DNA of 64,000 bases from Cyclobacteriaceae bacterium (GTDB lineage Bacteria > Bacteroidota > Bacteroidia > Cytophagales > Cyclobacteriaceae), in assembly GCA_030584025.1 (NCBI GenBank), contig CP129487.1:1664158-1728157 (forward strand), read 5' to 3'. A program made the translations under genes and the position numbers. Within the stretch, counting starts at the first letter, position 1; every line of letters begins with the position of its first letter. This document shows positions 39,186 to 50,661 of this stretch, piece after piece. The notes below the pieces were generated by a model. That model had not been told where the DNA came from, did no database searches, and worked only from the letters and a program-made list of their open reading frames with translations.

Positions 39186-40352
39186 ATGGAAGAAAAATTG
39201 GATGTTGCCGTGCAGGCGGGAAATCCTGACCAAAAAAAACTCATCATTAAAGAAATTATTTATCCCAGAGAACTTGAGGCTTTTATCGGTTTTCCATACC
39301 TATTGTACCGGGGTAATCCGTTCTATGTGCCGCCCCTTAAATCGGATGAAAGGAAAACCCTTCGGCTCACCAATCCCGCATTCGATCATTGTGAGGCAAA
39401 ATATTGGTTGGCTTATCGAAGTGGAAAAATTGTAGGTCGGATTGCCGGGATTATTAACCATGGATTTATCGACCGTTGGGGTAAAAAGTATGCGCGGTTT
39501 GGTTGGTTTGATTTTAAAGAGGATGAAACCATTGCGCAGGCTCTTTTACACCACGTTGAACGATGGGCCAAGGAAAAGGGTATGGATGCAGTACATGGCC
39601 CTATGGGATTTACCAACTTCGACCCGGCTGGATTGTTGGTTGACGGGTTTAATCAGTTGGCAACCCTCTCAGAACTCTATAACTATCCATACTATCCTGA
39701 CTGCATCGAAAAGGCCGGATATCACAAGGAGGTGGATTGGATTGAGTATAGGATTTCAATTCCAAAAAAGGTACCCGAGAAAGTCAGACAAGTGGCGACT
39801 ATTGTTAAAAGAAGAAGCAAGCTCTCTGTGGTAAATCTTAATGAATCAAATAGTATAATGACCTATGCACATTCCATATTTGAATTGATTAATGTCTGCT
39901 ACGGTCACTTACACGGCATGGTCCCGTTAACGGAGAAACAAATTCAGTATTACACCAAGCGATACTTATCCTTTATTCGCAAAGATTATGTGTCGCTGGT
40001 GGTCGATTCGTGTGGAACATTAATCGCATTTGGAATTACTATGCCATCCCTTTCAAAAGCATTGCAAAAAGCCAATGGAACTTTATTTCCCTTTGGTCTT
40101 TTCCATATTTTGAAAGCCCTGCGAAAAAACAACACGGCAGAGCTATGCCTGGTTGCCATTAGACCAGATTATCAAGGCAAAGGAGTCAATGCTCTAGTTA
40201 TGGAAGAAATGAATAAAGCATTTAATCGAAATAATATTACCATGGCAGAATCAAATCCGGAACTGGAAGATAATAAGCAGGTGCAGTCGCTTTGGTCGTA
40301 CTATGAAGCAGAACAACATAAGCGAAGAAGGTGCTATATAAAATATTTGTAA
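39186..40352 (+). CDS. GNAT-type acyltransferase-like protein (C-terminal acetyltransferase fold)
   Basis: 388 aa. The C-terminal LCLVAIRPDYQGKGVNALVMEEM is an acetyl-CoA-binding-like segment. The N-terminal half is not assigned. Confidence 0.5.
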   Translation: MEEKLDVAVQAGNPDQKKLIIKEIIYPRELEAFIGFPYLLYRGNPFYVPPLKSDERKTLRLTNPAFDHCEAKYWLAYRSGKIVGRIAGIINHGFIDRWGKKYARFGWFDFKEDETIAQALLHHVERWAKEKGMDAVHGPMGFTNFDPAGLLVDGFNQLATLSELYNYPYYPDCIEKAGYHKEVDWIEYRISIPKKVPEKVRQVATIVKRRSKLSVVNLNESNSIMTYAHSIFELINVCYGHLHGMVPLTEKQIQYYTKRYLSFIRKDYVSLVVDSCGTLIAFGITMPSLSKALQKANGTLFPFGLFHILKALRKNNTAELCLVAIRPDYQGKGVNALVMEEMNKAFNRNNITMAESNPELEDNKQVQSLWSYYEAEQHKRRRCYIKYL

Positions 40353-40354
40353 TA

Positions 40355-41299
40355 ATGATTGACTTGCTGGAAACACAAACAATTTCATTGGAAATATCAG
40401 CGATCAAGAAACGCAAAAATGCAATTGTCCTTGCACACTATTACCAGAAACCCGAAATACAAGAGGTAGCGGATATGGTTGGCGATAGCTTGCAAATGGC
40501 CCAATTTGCTGCCGGGTCCCGGGCGGAGATTTTAGTAGTGGCCGGTGTATACTTTATGGCTGAAACCGCTAAGATTTTAAATCCTTCACGTAAGGTACTG
40601 CTTCCGGATACGGAAGCTGGCTGTTCGCTTGCCGATTCCTGTCCTCCTGAAGAATTCAAAGCTTTTATTCAACAACATCCTCAATCACCTGTGGTATGTT
40701 ACATTAATTGCAGCGCTGAAATCAAGGCGATGAGTGATGTGGTCTGCACCTCGTCCAATGCCGAGAAGGTAATTCGTTCCATTCAAAGTGATAAGCCCAT
40801 CATTTTTGCACCCGATGTAAACCTAGGCAAGTATCTCATGCGTAAAACAGGCAGGAAATTTTTGTTATGGGATGGAAGCTGCCTGGTGCATGAAAACTTT
40901 TCTATGGACAAAATTCTTTCATTACACCGGTTGTACCCAAACGCAAAATTCATTGCTCACCCTGAATCACAGCCGCACATTTTACAAGTTGCTTCTTATA
41001 TCGGTTCTACCAAAGGCATGATTGAATATGTAAAGAGCGATGCATGCACAGAATTTATTGTGGCAACTGAAGCAGGTATTTTACATGAAATGCGCAAACA
41101 GGCGCCTGATAAGCTATTGATTCCCGCACCAACGCATGAAGATAATACCTGTGCCTGCAGCGAATGTCCATATATGAAAATGAATACCCTCGAAAAGCTG
41201 CGGGATTGCCTCTTGTATGAACAACCTGAAATACAGGTGAACACGGCTATACGACAACAGGCTGCCAGCGCGCTTGAACGAATGCTGAAATTATCTTGA
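40355..41299 (+). CDS. nadA: Quinolinate synthase
   Basis: ATG at 40355, 2 nt after the upstream stop. Motifs are ILAHYYQKPEIQEVAD.VGDSL, CSLADSC and FIAHPES. Confidence 0.9.
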   Translation: MIDLLETQTISLEISAIKKRKNAIVLAHYYQKPEIQEVADMVGDSLQMAQFAAGSRAEILVVAGVYFMAETAKILNPSRKVLLPDTEAGCSLADSCPPEEFKAFIQQHPQSPVVCYINCSAEIKAMSDVVCTSSNAEKVIRSIQSDKPIIFAPDVNLGKYLMRKTGRKFLLWDGSCLVHENFSMDKILSLHRLYPNAKFIAHPESQPHILQVASYIGSTKGMIEYVKSDACTEFIVATEAGILHEMRKQAPDKLLIPAPTHEDNTCACSECPYMKMNTLEKLRDCLLYEQPEIQVNTAIRQQAASALERMLKLS

Positions 41300-41343
41300 A
41301 TTTTCTGGCGGTTGTGTACCTTTAAGTAAGACTTCAACTATCT

Positions 41344-43071
41344 ATGAACGGAGGAGAAATCATCGCCCGCCTGCTGAAGCAACAAGGTGTAAGATTTTTG
41401 TTTACCCTGAGTGGCGGACACATTTCTCCGATATTTGTGGAGGCCGAAAAACAAGGCATACGGGTAATCGATACCCGGCACGAAGTGACGGCAGCATTTG
41501 CTGCCGATGCTGTTGCACGTCTCACAGGAATACCCGGTGTGGCGACCGTAACTGCGGGTCCGGGAATTACCAACACCATTACAGCCATTAAGAATGCTCA
41601 ACTGGCGCAATCGCCCCTGGTACTTTTGGGAGGAGCGGTGGCTACACTGTTGCAGGGCAGGGGAGCACTCCAGGATATTGATCAGCTTTCGTTAATGCGC
41701 CCAATCGTAAAATGGGCAGCACGCATTACAAAAGTAAAAGAGATTGAAAGGGTACTTAGCAGGGCTTTCTATGAAGCAACCCGTGGCGTACCTGGGCCGG
41801 TGTTTGTGGAATGCCCGGTTGATATTCTTTATCCGGAGAATATTGTGCGTGAATGGTATGGAATTAAATCACATGAGGTACCGCCTAAAAATATAATTCA
41901 ACGTATGGAACGTTGGTATATTAATAGGCATGCTCGAAAATTATTTGAAGACGTAAACTTTAAAGAGCACTCTGGCCATGTTAAAGATGCAAGTGTTCCT
42001 TACCACGCTACATCCGATTTAAAAAATGCATTAAGCAAGCTCAATGGTTCAAAAAAGCCCGTTTTGGTAATCGGTAGTGGTGCCATCATGAATGCCCAAA
42101 AAGCAAATGCACTGTCCGATGCTGTCAATAGATTGGGATTACCGGTTTATCTCAGCGGTATGGCCCGGGGCTTGTTAAGAACCGATCATCCCATACAGCT
42201 GCGTCATCACCGGAAGGAGGCTATCCGGGATGCTGATCTGATCATCCTCGCTGGTGTACCAAATGATTTTCGACTGGATTACGGAAATCACATTGGCCAT
42301 ACACCTTTTATTTCTATCAACAGAAGCCGGCTGGATTTATACCAAAATAAAAAGCCAACCCTGGCAGTGCAGGCCGATCCGCAAGAATTTTTGATCGCAT
42401 TGGCCGATCACTATCAGGGTAAATACACGGAATGGATAGGGAATTTGCGCAGTCGCGATAACCAACGCGAAGAAAAAATCAATACCATGTCGGAAGAAGT
42501 GCAAGCAGGTATTAACCCGTTAACACTTTTCCGGGTACTGAATACGCTGTTAGACAAGAACACAATATTGATTGCCGATGGTGGTGACTTTGTGGCTACA
42601 GCTGCTTACACGCTTCGGCCGGCAGCTCCGCTCTCGTGGCTCGATCCGGGTGTGTTTGGCACATTGGGTGTAGGTGCAGGATTTGCCCTGGGAGCAAAAC
42701 TTGTTTATCCCGAAAAGGATGTTTGGATAATTTATGGAGATGGAAGCGCAGGCTACAGCCTGATGGAGTTCGATACGTTTACACGTCATCAACTACCTGT
42801 TGTTGCGCTAATTGGCAATGACGGGTGCTGGGGCCAAATTGCCCGCGACCAGGTAACCCTGTTGAAGAGCGAATGTGCTGTGAACCTGCGACAATCCAAT
42901 TACGAAAAAGTTGCGCATGCTTTTGGTGCCGAAGGAGTTCGGGTAGAAAGCATTGAAGACTTTAGTGATTCGGTTACCCTTGCATTGAGCAAGAGCCGTA
43001 GCGGTGTTCCATTTATCATCAATGCCATCATTAGTAAAAGCGATTTCAGAAAGGGTTCCATCTCTATGTAA
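41344..43071 (+). CDS. Thiamine-diphosphate enzyme, acetolactate synthase / 2-hydroxyacyl-CoA lyase-like
   Basis: 575 aa. Motifs are [26 protein letters not shown] and the TPP motif [14 protein letters not shown]....NDG. Confidence 0.8.
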   Translation: MNGGEIIARLLKQQGVRFLFTLSGGHISPIFVEAEKQGIRVIDTRHEVTAAFAADAVARLTGIPGVATVTAGPGITNTITAIKNAQLAQSPLVLLGGAVATLLQGRGALQDIDQLSLMRPIVKWAARITKVKEIERVLSRAFYEATRGVPGPVFVECPVDILYPENIVREWYGIKSHEVPPKNIIQRMERWYINRHARKLFEDVNFKEHSGHVKDASVPYHATSDLKNALSKLNGSKKPVLVIGSGAIMNAQKANALSDAVNRLGLPVYLSGMARGLLRTDHPIQLRHHRKEAIRDADLIILAGVPNDFRLDYGNHIGHTPFISINRSRLDLYQNKKPTLAVQADPQEFLIALADHYQGKYTEWIGNLRSRDNQREEKINTMSEEVQAGINPLTLFRVLNTLLDKNTILIADGGDFVATAAYTLRPAAPLSWLDPGVFGTLGVGAGFALGAKLVYPEKDVWIIYGDGSAGYSLMEFDTFTRHQLPVVALIGNDGCWGQIARDQVTLLKSECAVNLRQSNYEKVAHAFGAEGVRVESIEDFSDSVTLALSKSRSGVPFIINAIISKSDFRKGSISM

Positions 43072-43082
43072 ACAGCAAACAG

Positions 43083-44912
43083 ATGACACAACCAACCCGA
43101 CTATTTGATTTATTGGATGAGCAGGCTATGGCTCAACCCAATCAACTTTTTTTGTCATCAAAAAAACAGCCGGGTAACCCAATGGAGTGGAGGGGCTACA
43201 CGTATCAGGATGTAAAAAATGTAGTTAACCAAACCAGTCAGCTTTTGCTAAATCTGGGTTTACAGCACGGTGATACTGTAGCCATTATTTCATCGAACCG
43301 ACCGGAATGGAATTTTGTTGACCTCGGGGCATTACAGGTTGGCATCATCAATATACCGATGTATCCTACCTTCTCGGAACATGATTATGAATTTATACTT
43401 CAGGATGCCGAAGTGTGTTTTGTGTTTGCCGAAGATGAAATAATTATAAGCAAGGTGATGGCGGTGCGCAATAACTGCCCAACCCTGAAGGGCGTCATTA
43501 GTTTTGAGTGCTCACTAGATGCAGATTACTTCTGGGATATATTGCCTGCACTGGATACCATTGGTCACGACAAAATTAAGTTGAAAAAGAAATCCCTTTC
43601 TCCAGAACACTTGGCCACCATTATTTATACATCCGGTACAACGGGTAACCCGAAAGGGGTGATGCTGACGCACCAGAACCTGATGAGTAATATCAAGAGT
43701 GTGAAGCAGGTTTTGCCTTTGGGTGGCGGAAGGAAGTCGTTGAGCTTTCTTCCGTTGTGCCACAGTTTTGAGCGTACGGTATTCTATGTATACCTGTGCT
43801 TTGGTATTCATATCAGCTATGCTGAAAGTCTGGATACACTTGTTGATAACCTGAAGGATGTTAAGCCTTATTGTTTCACAACGGTACCCCGTTTACTCGA
43901 GAAAGTTTACGAAAAAATTATGGCTAAAGGTGCAGTGCTGGAGGGTATTAAAAAGAAACTCTTTTACTGGTCTATTGCGGTGGGTGAGCAATACCGCATT
44001 GGAGAAAAGCAGGGATTAATTTATGGTATAAAGCTCGGCCTTGCACGCAAGCTGGTGTTTTCAAAATGGCTGGAAGTGATGGGCGGTGAAGTGAAATATA
44101 TCATCACGGGTGCTGCGGCTATGCAACCCAGGCTGATCACCTTATTTACGGCTGCGGGTATCGGTATCATTGAAGGCTACGGCCTAACGGAGACTTCCCC
44201 TGTGCTTACCGTAAATGGGTATGCGGAATCTGATCGGTGTGTAGGTTCAGTGGGCATGGCCATTCCGGGTGTGGAGATTGAACTGGCTGCCGATGGGGAA
44301 GTGCTTGCGCGTGGCCCCAACATAATGAAGGGTTATTACAAACGGCCTGACCTCACCGCAGAGGTGATTCAGTCTGATGGATGGTTTCATACGGGTGACA
44401 TAGGAACGTGGATAGAACGTAACGGTAAAAAATTTTTAAAAATCACCGATAGGAAAAAAGAACTCTTTAAAACGGCTGGAGGAAAATATGTTGCTCCGCA
44501 AGTTATTGAAATGAAAATGAAGGAGATCAAATACATTGAGCAGATTATGGTGGTAGGGGGTGATGACAAAAAGTTTATAGCGGCATTGATTGTTCCCTCA
44601 CAGGTGCAGGTTCGCGAATGGGCGGAGCAAAAGGGGTTGCGAATTATTTCACGGAGTGAATTGATAGCTCATCAAGAAGTGAGGGAAATGCTTCAGGCAG
44701 AGGTGAATGCCTGCAACACGCATTTCGGGCAGTGGGAGCAAATAAAAAAGATAACCTTGCTGGCTGATGAATGGTCACCGGCTACTGGTGAATTAACACC
44801 AACCATGAAGCTGAAGCGGAAGGCCATTTATACAAAATATAAAGATCTCATTCAGGCTATGTATCAAGAGGGTAGCGACTCAGGCATGGAAGGGTATGAA
44901 CGTGTTTATTGA
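43083..44912 (+). CDS. Long-chain acyl-CoA synthetase (AMP-forming)
   Basis: 609 aa. Motifs are IIYTSGTTGNPKGVMLTHQNL, GYGLTETSP, WFHTGDIG and TPTMKLKRK. Confidence 0.85.
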   Translation: MTQPTRLFDLLDEQAMAQPNQLFLSSKKQPGNPMEWRGYTYQDVKNVVNQTSQLLLNLGLQHGDTVAIISSNRPEWNFVDLGALQVGIINIPMYPTFSEHDYEFILQDAEVCFVFAEDEIIISKVMAVRNNCPTLKGVISFECSLDADYFWDILPALDTIGHDKIKLKKKSLSPEHLATIIYTSGTTGNPKGVMLTHQNLMSNIKSVKQVLPLGGGRKSLSFLPLCHSFERTVFYVYLCFGIHISYAESLDTLVDNLKDVKPYCFTTVPRLLEKVYEKIMAKGAVLEGIKKKLFYWSIAVGEQYRIGEKQGLIYGIKLGLARKLVFSKWLEVMGGEVKYIITGAAAMQPRLITLFTAAGIGIIEGYGLTETSPVLTVNGYAESDRCVGSVGMAIPGVEIELAADGEVLARGPNIMKGYYKRPDLTAEVIQSDGWFHTGDIGTWIERNGKKFLKITDRKKELFKTAGGKYVAPQVIEMKMKEIKYIEQIMVVGGDDKKFIAALIVPSQVQVREWAEQKGLRIISRSELIAHQEVREMLQAEVNACNTHFGQWEQIKKITLLADEWSPATGELTPTMKLKRKAIYTKYKDLIQAMYQEGSDSGMEGYERVY

Positions 44913-45144
44913 AAATGGATAGCAAAAGTTATTCCTTTTGGTTTCCATTTTCCACCATAAACTTTGAGTATCATACTAACCGGACAGCGCCCGAATTCCT
45001 GGACATCCTTGACCATATTGTCAAAGCGCTTTGATTTTATTTCCATTTTTTACTTTACAAGTAATGGATGATCAATTACAGTTATCAAAAAGTAATATGA
45101 TACATAACAAAAATTTGTTGAGGTCCCTTATCTAACGATGTCGA

Positions 45145-48100
45145 TCATAATGGGTTAATAATCTTCATTTTTGACTTAAGCGAATCAACTACATAATAAA
45201 CCATTGGAACCAGGAACACTGTTAAAATCAGCGATGAAAGCAATCCGCCAATAATTACCCAGGCTAGTCCATTTTTCCACTCACTGGCTGTACCTTTGGC
45301 TAACGCTATCGGTAACATACCAATAACCATTGCCAGGGTAGTCATTAATATGGGACGCATACGCTCTTTCCCCGCAGTAATTAAGGCTTCCTTAAAATGT
45401 TTTCCGGAGGCTTTTAATTGATTGGCAAAATCCACAATCAGAATCGCATTTTTTGCCACCAATCCCATCAGCATAATTAACCCAAGCAAAGCAAATAAAC
45501 TCAGGTTGTTTAGAGTCAGATTTAGCGCCAGGAAAGCTCCAATTGCCGCAACGGGTATAGAAAACAATACCACAAAAGGATAGACAAAACTATCATACAA
45601 CGCCACCATGATCAGATAAATCAAAATGAATGAAATAAGAAGCACTGACCCAAGTGCTCCAAAACTATCATTCTGTCTTTTTATATCACTGCCCCAAGTC
45701 ATTTGAATTCCTTCGGGTAATGGATTTTGCTTTATATAAGCCACCACTTCATCCGCAACTGTTCCGGAAGGGCGCCCCAGTGCATCGGCTGTTAACGTGA
45801 TAGAAGGCTGTCTGTCTAATCGTTCCAATAACGAAGGCGAATTATCCTGGATAACTTCAGCAAATTGAGATACTTCAATAGGTAAACCTTGCGGATTAAT
45901 AATGGTTAGCGAATTAACATCCTCCATATTCTGTCGATTGAAATCATCCAGCCATATCCTCACTGGGTATTCCGTACCTTGTTCAGTAAGCGTAGCATCA
46001 TCGTTTCCCGTTAATGCTGTGCGAATACTTTGGCCAACATAAGCAGTGGTGAGTCCTAATCGCTGCATTCGATCCTTATCAGGAATTACCTGGAACTCAG
46101 GGCTTCCTTCTTCCACGGAGAGACGAACATTATCTGCACCTGGAATTTTTTCAACCACCGACTTTAATTCACTTCCTAACTTCATTACCTGACTTCCATC
46201 GCTTCCGCTTAATGTAATTTCAATCGGAGCCGAACGGGGTACAAGCCCCAATGCAGCCATAGAATAATTGATGGCCGGAAATTCTGACTTCAATGCTTCG
46301 CGAATTTCTTTCATGAATTGTTCGGTAGGTTGATAGCCTCGTTCAGTGGCAGGTTTTAGCTGAATGGTCAATTCTGATTTATTAACGGAGCCAACACCTA
46401 AACTTCCAATTCCTGAACTTGGTCCGCCCACATTACTAAAGACAGCCTGCACCTCTGGTTGTGCTGCAATAAAACTTTCTATTTTCTGAGTAACGATATT
46501 ATTTTCCTGTACCGTGGTGGTTTTGTCAAATTCAAGGTTCATGCGAAACTTTCCTTGATCACCCGTTGCAATCAACTCTTTTCCAATGATGCCTTGTTTC
46601 ATTATGCCTAACGTGAAAACAAACAACAAGAGAATAATGCCAGTGGTGATAAGTTTGTAATTTAATACCCACTCCAACTGCCTTCCATACCAATCAATAA
46701 ACCGATTTAACTGATACTCAAACCAAAGTAAAAACCGATTGAAAAAATTGGTTGGTTGTAAATCCTCCGATTTACCGATGCGCGAAGCCATCCACGGTGT
46801 TAACGTAAACCCAACGAGTAGACTTGTTAAAGTAGAGGTGACCACCACTACAGAAAATTGCTTGAGCATGTCTGCAACAAATACCTGTAGAAATAAAATG
46901 GGAAGGAATACGACCACGTCCACAAGGGTTATTGACAATGCTGAAAATCCAATTTCCATTCGACCATCCAATGCGGCCACTCGTTTATCCTTTTTCATAT
47001 CAAGATGTCGCTGGATATTTTCCAGTACGACTGTTGCATCATCGACCAAAATCCCGATGATTAATGACATGGCTAATAAGGTCATTAAGTTGAGTGTGTA
47101 ACCTAAGAGCCACATCACCGCGAAAGCAGTTACCAGAGAGGTCGGTATAGCCACCAGAACGATAATAGAGTTTCGGAAGCTTCTTAAAAATAGAAGCATC
47201 ACAATTGACACTAATATGACAGCTAAAGTCAAGTCGAATACAACAGAATTCACCGCTGCAATCGTGTTGTCTGTGGAGTCATCAGCTATGGTGAATTTTA
47301 CTTGTGCCGAAGCATACTGTTTTTCAATTGCCTGAAATTTTTCCTGCACCGCTTTGGAAACTTCCACCGCATTCGCATCCCCCTGCTTTTTAAGTAAAAG
47401 ACCAATCCCATTCACTCCGTTATATCGGCTTACAGATACGATTTCTTTAATTCCATCGGTAATGGAGGCAATGTCTTTTACATATACTGGACTGCCTGGT
47501 GTGGGCATGGCTACCTGAACTGCACTGATGTCCTCGATGGATTTAAATTTTCCTGTTAGCCTGACTGGATTGTTAACAAGGGTGGTCTGAACCTTACCTG
47601 AAGGAACATCAAGACCAGAACGATTAATCGCCTCTGTAACCTGATACATGGAGACTTTGTACAATTTCAATTTCTCCTGATCTACTTTAACCTGAATCTC
47701 CCTTTCTTCACCGCCTAGTAATGTAATTTCTGCTACTCCTTTTAGTTGCTGAATTTGCGGAAGAAAATCATCTTTCATTTTTTGATAAAATTCAGTTGCG
47801 GGAAGTTTGCTGGTTGCGCTGATCTGCATAATGGGTAAATCATTAGGCGAGACTTTGCTCATCACAGGACTTAAAATATCCTGTGGTAAATCCCTCCGGA
47901 TATTATCAATATAGCGTTGCGCATCCTGCATCGTTTGATCCAGATCAGATCCGTATTTTAAATTGACAATGAGTACCGATGCGTTAGGCAATGATTTGGT
48001 TACGATAAAATCAACGCCTTCAAGGTTAGATAAGGCGTCCTCAATTTTCCTCGAAACGGAAGTTTCTACTTCGGTAGGGTCTGCACCCGGATAGCCCGTC

Positions 48101-48243
48101 TTAATAACTACAACGGGTTGATTGAAGTCTGGCATCAACTCATAGCTGAGATTTTTATAACCTAAAAAACCAGCTAGTATAAACACGCTGAATAAGACAA
48201 TAATCAGCGAAGGACGGTTAATAGAAATTTCGGTGATGTTCAT
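45145..48243 (-). CDS. RND efflux transporter permease (AcrB/HAE1-like)
   Basis: 1032 aa with 12-TM architecture and the typical N-terminus SINRPSLIIVLFSVFILAG. Confidence 0.9.
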   Translation of the reverse strand: MNITEISINRPSLIIVLFSVFILAGFLGYKNLSYELMPDFNQPVVVIKTGYPGADPTEVETSVSRKIEDALSNLEGVDFIVTKSLPNASVLIVNLKYGSDLDQTMQDAQRYIDNIRRDLPQDILSPVMSKVSPNDLPIMQISATSKLPATEFYQKMKDDFLPQIQQLKGVAEITLLGGEEREIQVKVDQEKLKLYKVSMYQVTEAINRSGLDVPSGKVQTTLVNNPVRLTGKFKSIEDISAVQVAMPTPGSPVYVKDIASITDGIKEIVSVSRYNGVNGIGLLLKKQGDANAVEVSKAVQEKFQAIEKQYASAQVKFTIADDSTDNTIAAVNSVVFDLTLAVILVSIVMLLFLRSFRNSIIVLVAIPTSLVTAFAVMWLLGYTLNLMTLLAMSLIIGILVDDATVVLENIQRHLDMKKDKRVAALDGRMEIGFSALSITLVDVVVFLPILFLQVFVADMLKQFSVVVVTSTLTSLLVGFTLTPWMASRIGKSEDLQPTNFFNRFLLWFEYQLNRFIDWYGRQLEWVLNYKLITTGIILLLFVFTLGIMKQGIIGKELIATGDQGKFRMNLEFDKTTTVQENNIVTQKIESFIAAQPEVQAVFSNVGGPSSGIGSLGVGSVNKSELTIQLKPATERGYQPTEQFMKEIREALKSEFPAINYSMAALGLVPRSAPIEITLSGSDGSQVMKLGSELKSVVEKIPGADNVRLSVEEGSPEFQVIPDKDRMQRLGLTTAYVGQSIRTALTGNDDATLTEQGTEYPVRIWLDDFNRQNMEDVNSLTIINPQGLPIEVSQFAEVIQDNSPSLLERLDRQPSITLTADALGRPSGTVADEVVAYIKQNPLPEGIQMTWGSDIKRQNDSFGALGSVLLISFILIYLIMVALYDSFVYPFVVLFSIPVAAIGAFLALNLTLNNLSLFALLGLIMLMGLVAKNAILIVDFANQLKASGKHFKEALITAGKERMRPILMTTLAMVIGMLPIALAKGTASEWKNGLAWVIIGGLLSSLILTVFLVPMVYYVVDSLKSKMKIINPL

Positions 48244-48248
48244 AATAA

Positions 48249-49301
48249 TTAATTCTTACTTTCTACAGTAGCACCATCAAAGAGATTGATAAGGCCATTC
48301 GTGATGACCATTTCACCTTCATGCAATCCGGATTGAATAACAGCGGTGCTTCCTTTTCTATCCGCTATAGTTATGTCGCGAAGCTTGGCCTTTCCCTGTT
48401 CAACCACATACACCTGAGGCTTTAAAGTAGAGCCCACGATGGCTGATGCCGGAATGGTAAGTTGCCTTTCATCAAGCTTTTCTTCAATCACAATTTTCCC
48501 AAACATGCCTGACTTGATTTTCATGTCCTGTGTATTTTTCACCAAGGCTTGAATTGGAAAAGAATTGGCCATGTTACCTTTGCTTCCGATGAGGGAAATT
48601 TTTCCTGCAAGTGAAATTGACGGATAGAGCTCGGCAAAAACGTCTACTGCCTGGTTGTTGTGAAATATCGTTAGGTCATTTTCAGGAACCTGAATGGTAA
48701 AACGGAGTGAAGAAATATCGGTGAGTTGCAGCAGGGGTACTCCAGGTGCCGCATAGGAACCAGCTTCAGCCATTTTAAGTGTTACAATCCCATTGAACGG
48801 AGCAGCAACGATTGTTCTGCTAATTTGCTCCAATAAAGTACTCCGCTGAACCTGTGCTGATTTTAATGCCAGTTGAGTTTTTTCCAACTGTACCCCCTGG
48901 ATTGCATCTGATTCAGCAAGAATTGAATAGCGTTTCACATCGGCTTCCAATCCCTCTATTTGAATGGATACGGATTGAAGTTGTAGATTCAACAAGGCAT
49001 CATCAATTTTAATGAGCGACTGCCCTTTCTTTACATAGCTGCCCGCATCTACAAATACGCTTACGATTTTACCCTGCACATCTGCACTTACCTTGGTTTC
49101 TTTGTCGGGTTCAAACAGACCGGTAAAGGATTTTTGAATACCCGTGCGGATATATTTTACAGTATCGGTTCTTACCTCGATAGCCTGTTCTTTGTTGTAG
49201 GTATAAATACGGTTTAAAGAAGTTTCTTTATTACTTTTTAAACGCACGGCAATGAGCACAATCAAGGCCAGAGGTATTGCGAAGTACAAAATCTTTTTCA
49301 T
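48249..49301 (-). CDS. RND efflux periplasmic adaptor (MFP/HlyD family)
   Basis: 350 aa with an N-terminal anchor. It has coiled-coil and barrel-like segments and lies between the TolC-like and RND genes. Confidence 0.85.
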   Translation of the reverse strand: MKKILYFAIPLALIVLIAVRLKSNKETSLNRIYTYNKEQAIEVRTDTVKYIRTGIQKSFTGLFEPDKETKVSADVQGKIVSVFVDAGSYVKKGQSLIKIDDALLNLQLQSVSIQIEGLEADVKRYSILAESDAIQGVQLEKTQLALKSAQVQRSTLLEQISRTIVAAPFNGIVTLKMAEAGSYAAPGVPLLQLTDISSLRFTIQVPENDLTIFHNNQAVDVFAELYPSISLAGKISLIGSKGNMANSFPIQALVKNTQDMKIKSGMFGKIVIEEKLDERQLTIPASAIVGSTLKPQVYVVEQGKAKLRDITIADRKGSTAVIQSGLHEGEMVITNGLINLFDGATVESKN

Positions 49302-49310
49302 GGTACGTAA

Positions 49311-50645
49311 TTATTTAATAAACAGGTTGCCAGTTGCTTTTTTATGGTCTAAATCCGCTTTCAGATAATCGATCAAAGCTGACACGTGACCTTGTTGAGT
49401 TTCTCGTAATGCGTTATCAGCTAGTAGAACTTCGGTCAAGGATGCTACTCCCTGCTTTTGCTGAAGAATCGTTTGATCGTAAATGGATTGAGCAAGCTGC
49501 ACTTGTGCAAGGGTTGTTTCAACAGATCGCTGCGCAATTGATTTTTGCTGGTGAGCCGTTTCAATGTACAGGGCGGTTTGATCTGATGTCAAGTCTGCCT
49601 GAAGTTCTTTATTCTTAATCTCCAGTTTCTTCTGAGAGATTTTTTGTCTGGTAACGGTTCCATTGAATAGAGGATAGGACAATTGAAGCCCTGCGAAACT
49701 TACAGGATAAAACTTTAGAAATTCGTTAGGCGCCTTATCGTATCCAAATCCCGTAACACCATAACTACCATATAAGGAAATTGATGGAAGTCGTGAGTTT
49801 TTGAATGTGCTCAGTTCACTCTGTAAAAGAGCATTCTGCTTTTCAATGATACGCATATCCAAAGTAGCCGCTTGCTCATAAACTGGCGCAGTTGTATTGA
49901 TAATTGACTTTTCCACCTCAAGGTTTTGAGACAAAGGAATGCCCACCAAAATCTTCAGGGCATTTAGAACCTGACCATACTTGCTTAAAATCTGCTCCCG
50001 CTGGTTAGTCAGTTGCTCCACCTGTAATTGTACTTTGGATACATCTGTGCCCTTAGCAAGTAGTTGATCTTTCAGGGCTTGGGTATTCTGCAAGAGCTTT
50101 TTGGCATTCGTTAAATTGTCCTCTAAGAATGCCACTTGGTAGCGCAGAATTTGAGCGTTGTAATAAAGGTTTGTTATTTCATAGGTAAGTTGTTCTTCGT
50201 TTTTCTGGTTTTGCAAAGCAATAAGTTCGGAGCCAATTTTTGATGACTGAATTGAACCGTACACTTGTGGATTATACAAGGGAATAGCTAGTTGTAGGTT
50301 AGCCGCTATGTTATGAGGAACACCAAACTGAATTTCCTTGAATACTCCTTCAGGTCCACCAAAAGCCACCTGTGGCATGAATTGATAGGGTAAGTCTGCG
50401 TAATACTTGTAGTCGGCATTAATTGAAACTTTGGGTATTAGATTAGCCCTGGATTCCTGCTCTTTTTCTTGACCGATCAATACATTGTTTCGAGAAACCA
50501 GCAAGTTCTTATTGTATTGTTGTGCCGTGTCGAGACATTGTTTGAGCGTCCACACTTGTGCCTTGAGAGGCTGACTAACCAGAATGCCCACAAGAAGGAA
50601 TAGACTGAAAGTTGTTTGTTTAAAAAAGTGAATATTCACTAACAT
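49311..50645 (-). CDS. TolC-family outer-membrane efflux protein
   Basis: 444 aa with a signal-like N-terminus and a duplicated coiled-coil repeat structure. Confidence 0.8.
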   Translation of the reverse strand: MLVNIHFFKQTTFSLFLLVGILVSQPLKAQVWTLKQCLDTAQQYNKNLLVSRNNVLIGQEKEQESRANLIPKVSINADYKYYADLPYQFMPQVAFGGPEGVFKEIQFGVPHNIAANLQLAIPLYNPQVYGSIQSSKIGSELIALQNQKNEEQLTYEITNLYYNAQILRYQVAFLEDNLTNAKKLLQNTQALKDQLLAKGTDVSKVQLQVEQLTNQREQILSKYGQVLNALKILVGIPLSQNLEVEKSIINTTAPVYEQAATLDMRIIEKQNALLQSELSTFKNSRLPSISLYGSYGVTGFGYDKAPNEFLKFYPVSFAGLQLSYPLFNGTVTRQKISQKKLEIKNKELQADLTSDQTALYIETAHQQKSIAQRSVETTLAQVQLAQSIYDQTILQQKQGVASLTEVLLADNALRETQQGHVSALIDYLKADLDHKKATGNLFIK

Positions 50646-50661
50646 ACCATTTCAAATTTTT

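Noticed and set aside
41334-41610. Two minus-strand ORFs of 84-90 aa between nadA and the TPP enzyme gene.
   Set aside because: They are antisense to the conserved N-terminus of the TPP enzyme (GPGITNT region) and are shadow ORFs.
44915-45034. 39-codon ORF (MDSKSYSFWFPFSTINFEYHTNRTAPEFLDILDHIVKAL) starting 2 nt after the acyl-CoA ligase stop.
   Set aside because: It is below the ORF-track cutoff and has no motif. It sits in a convergent 3' region and cannot be supported from sequence alone.
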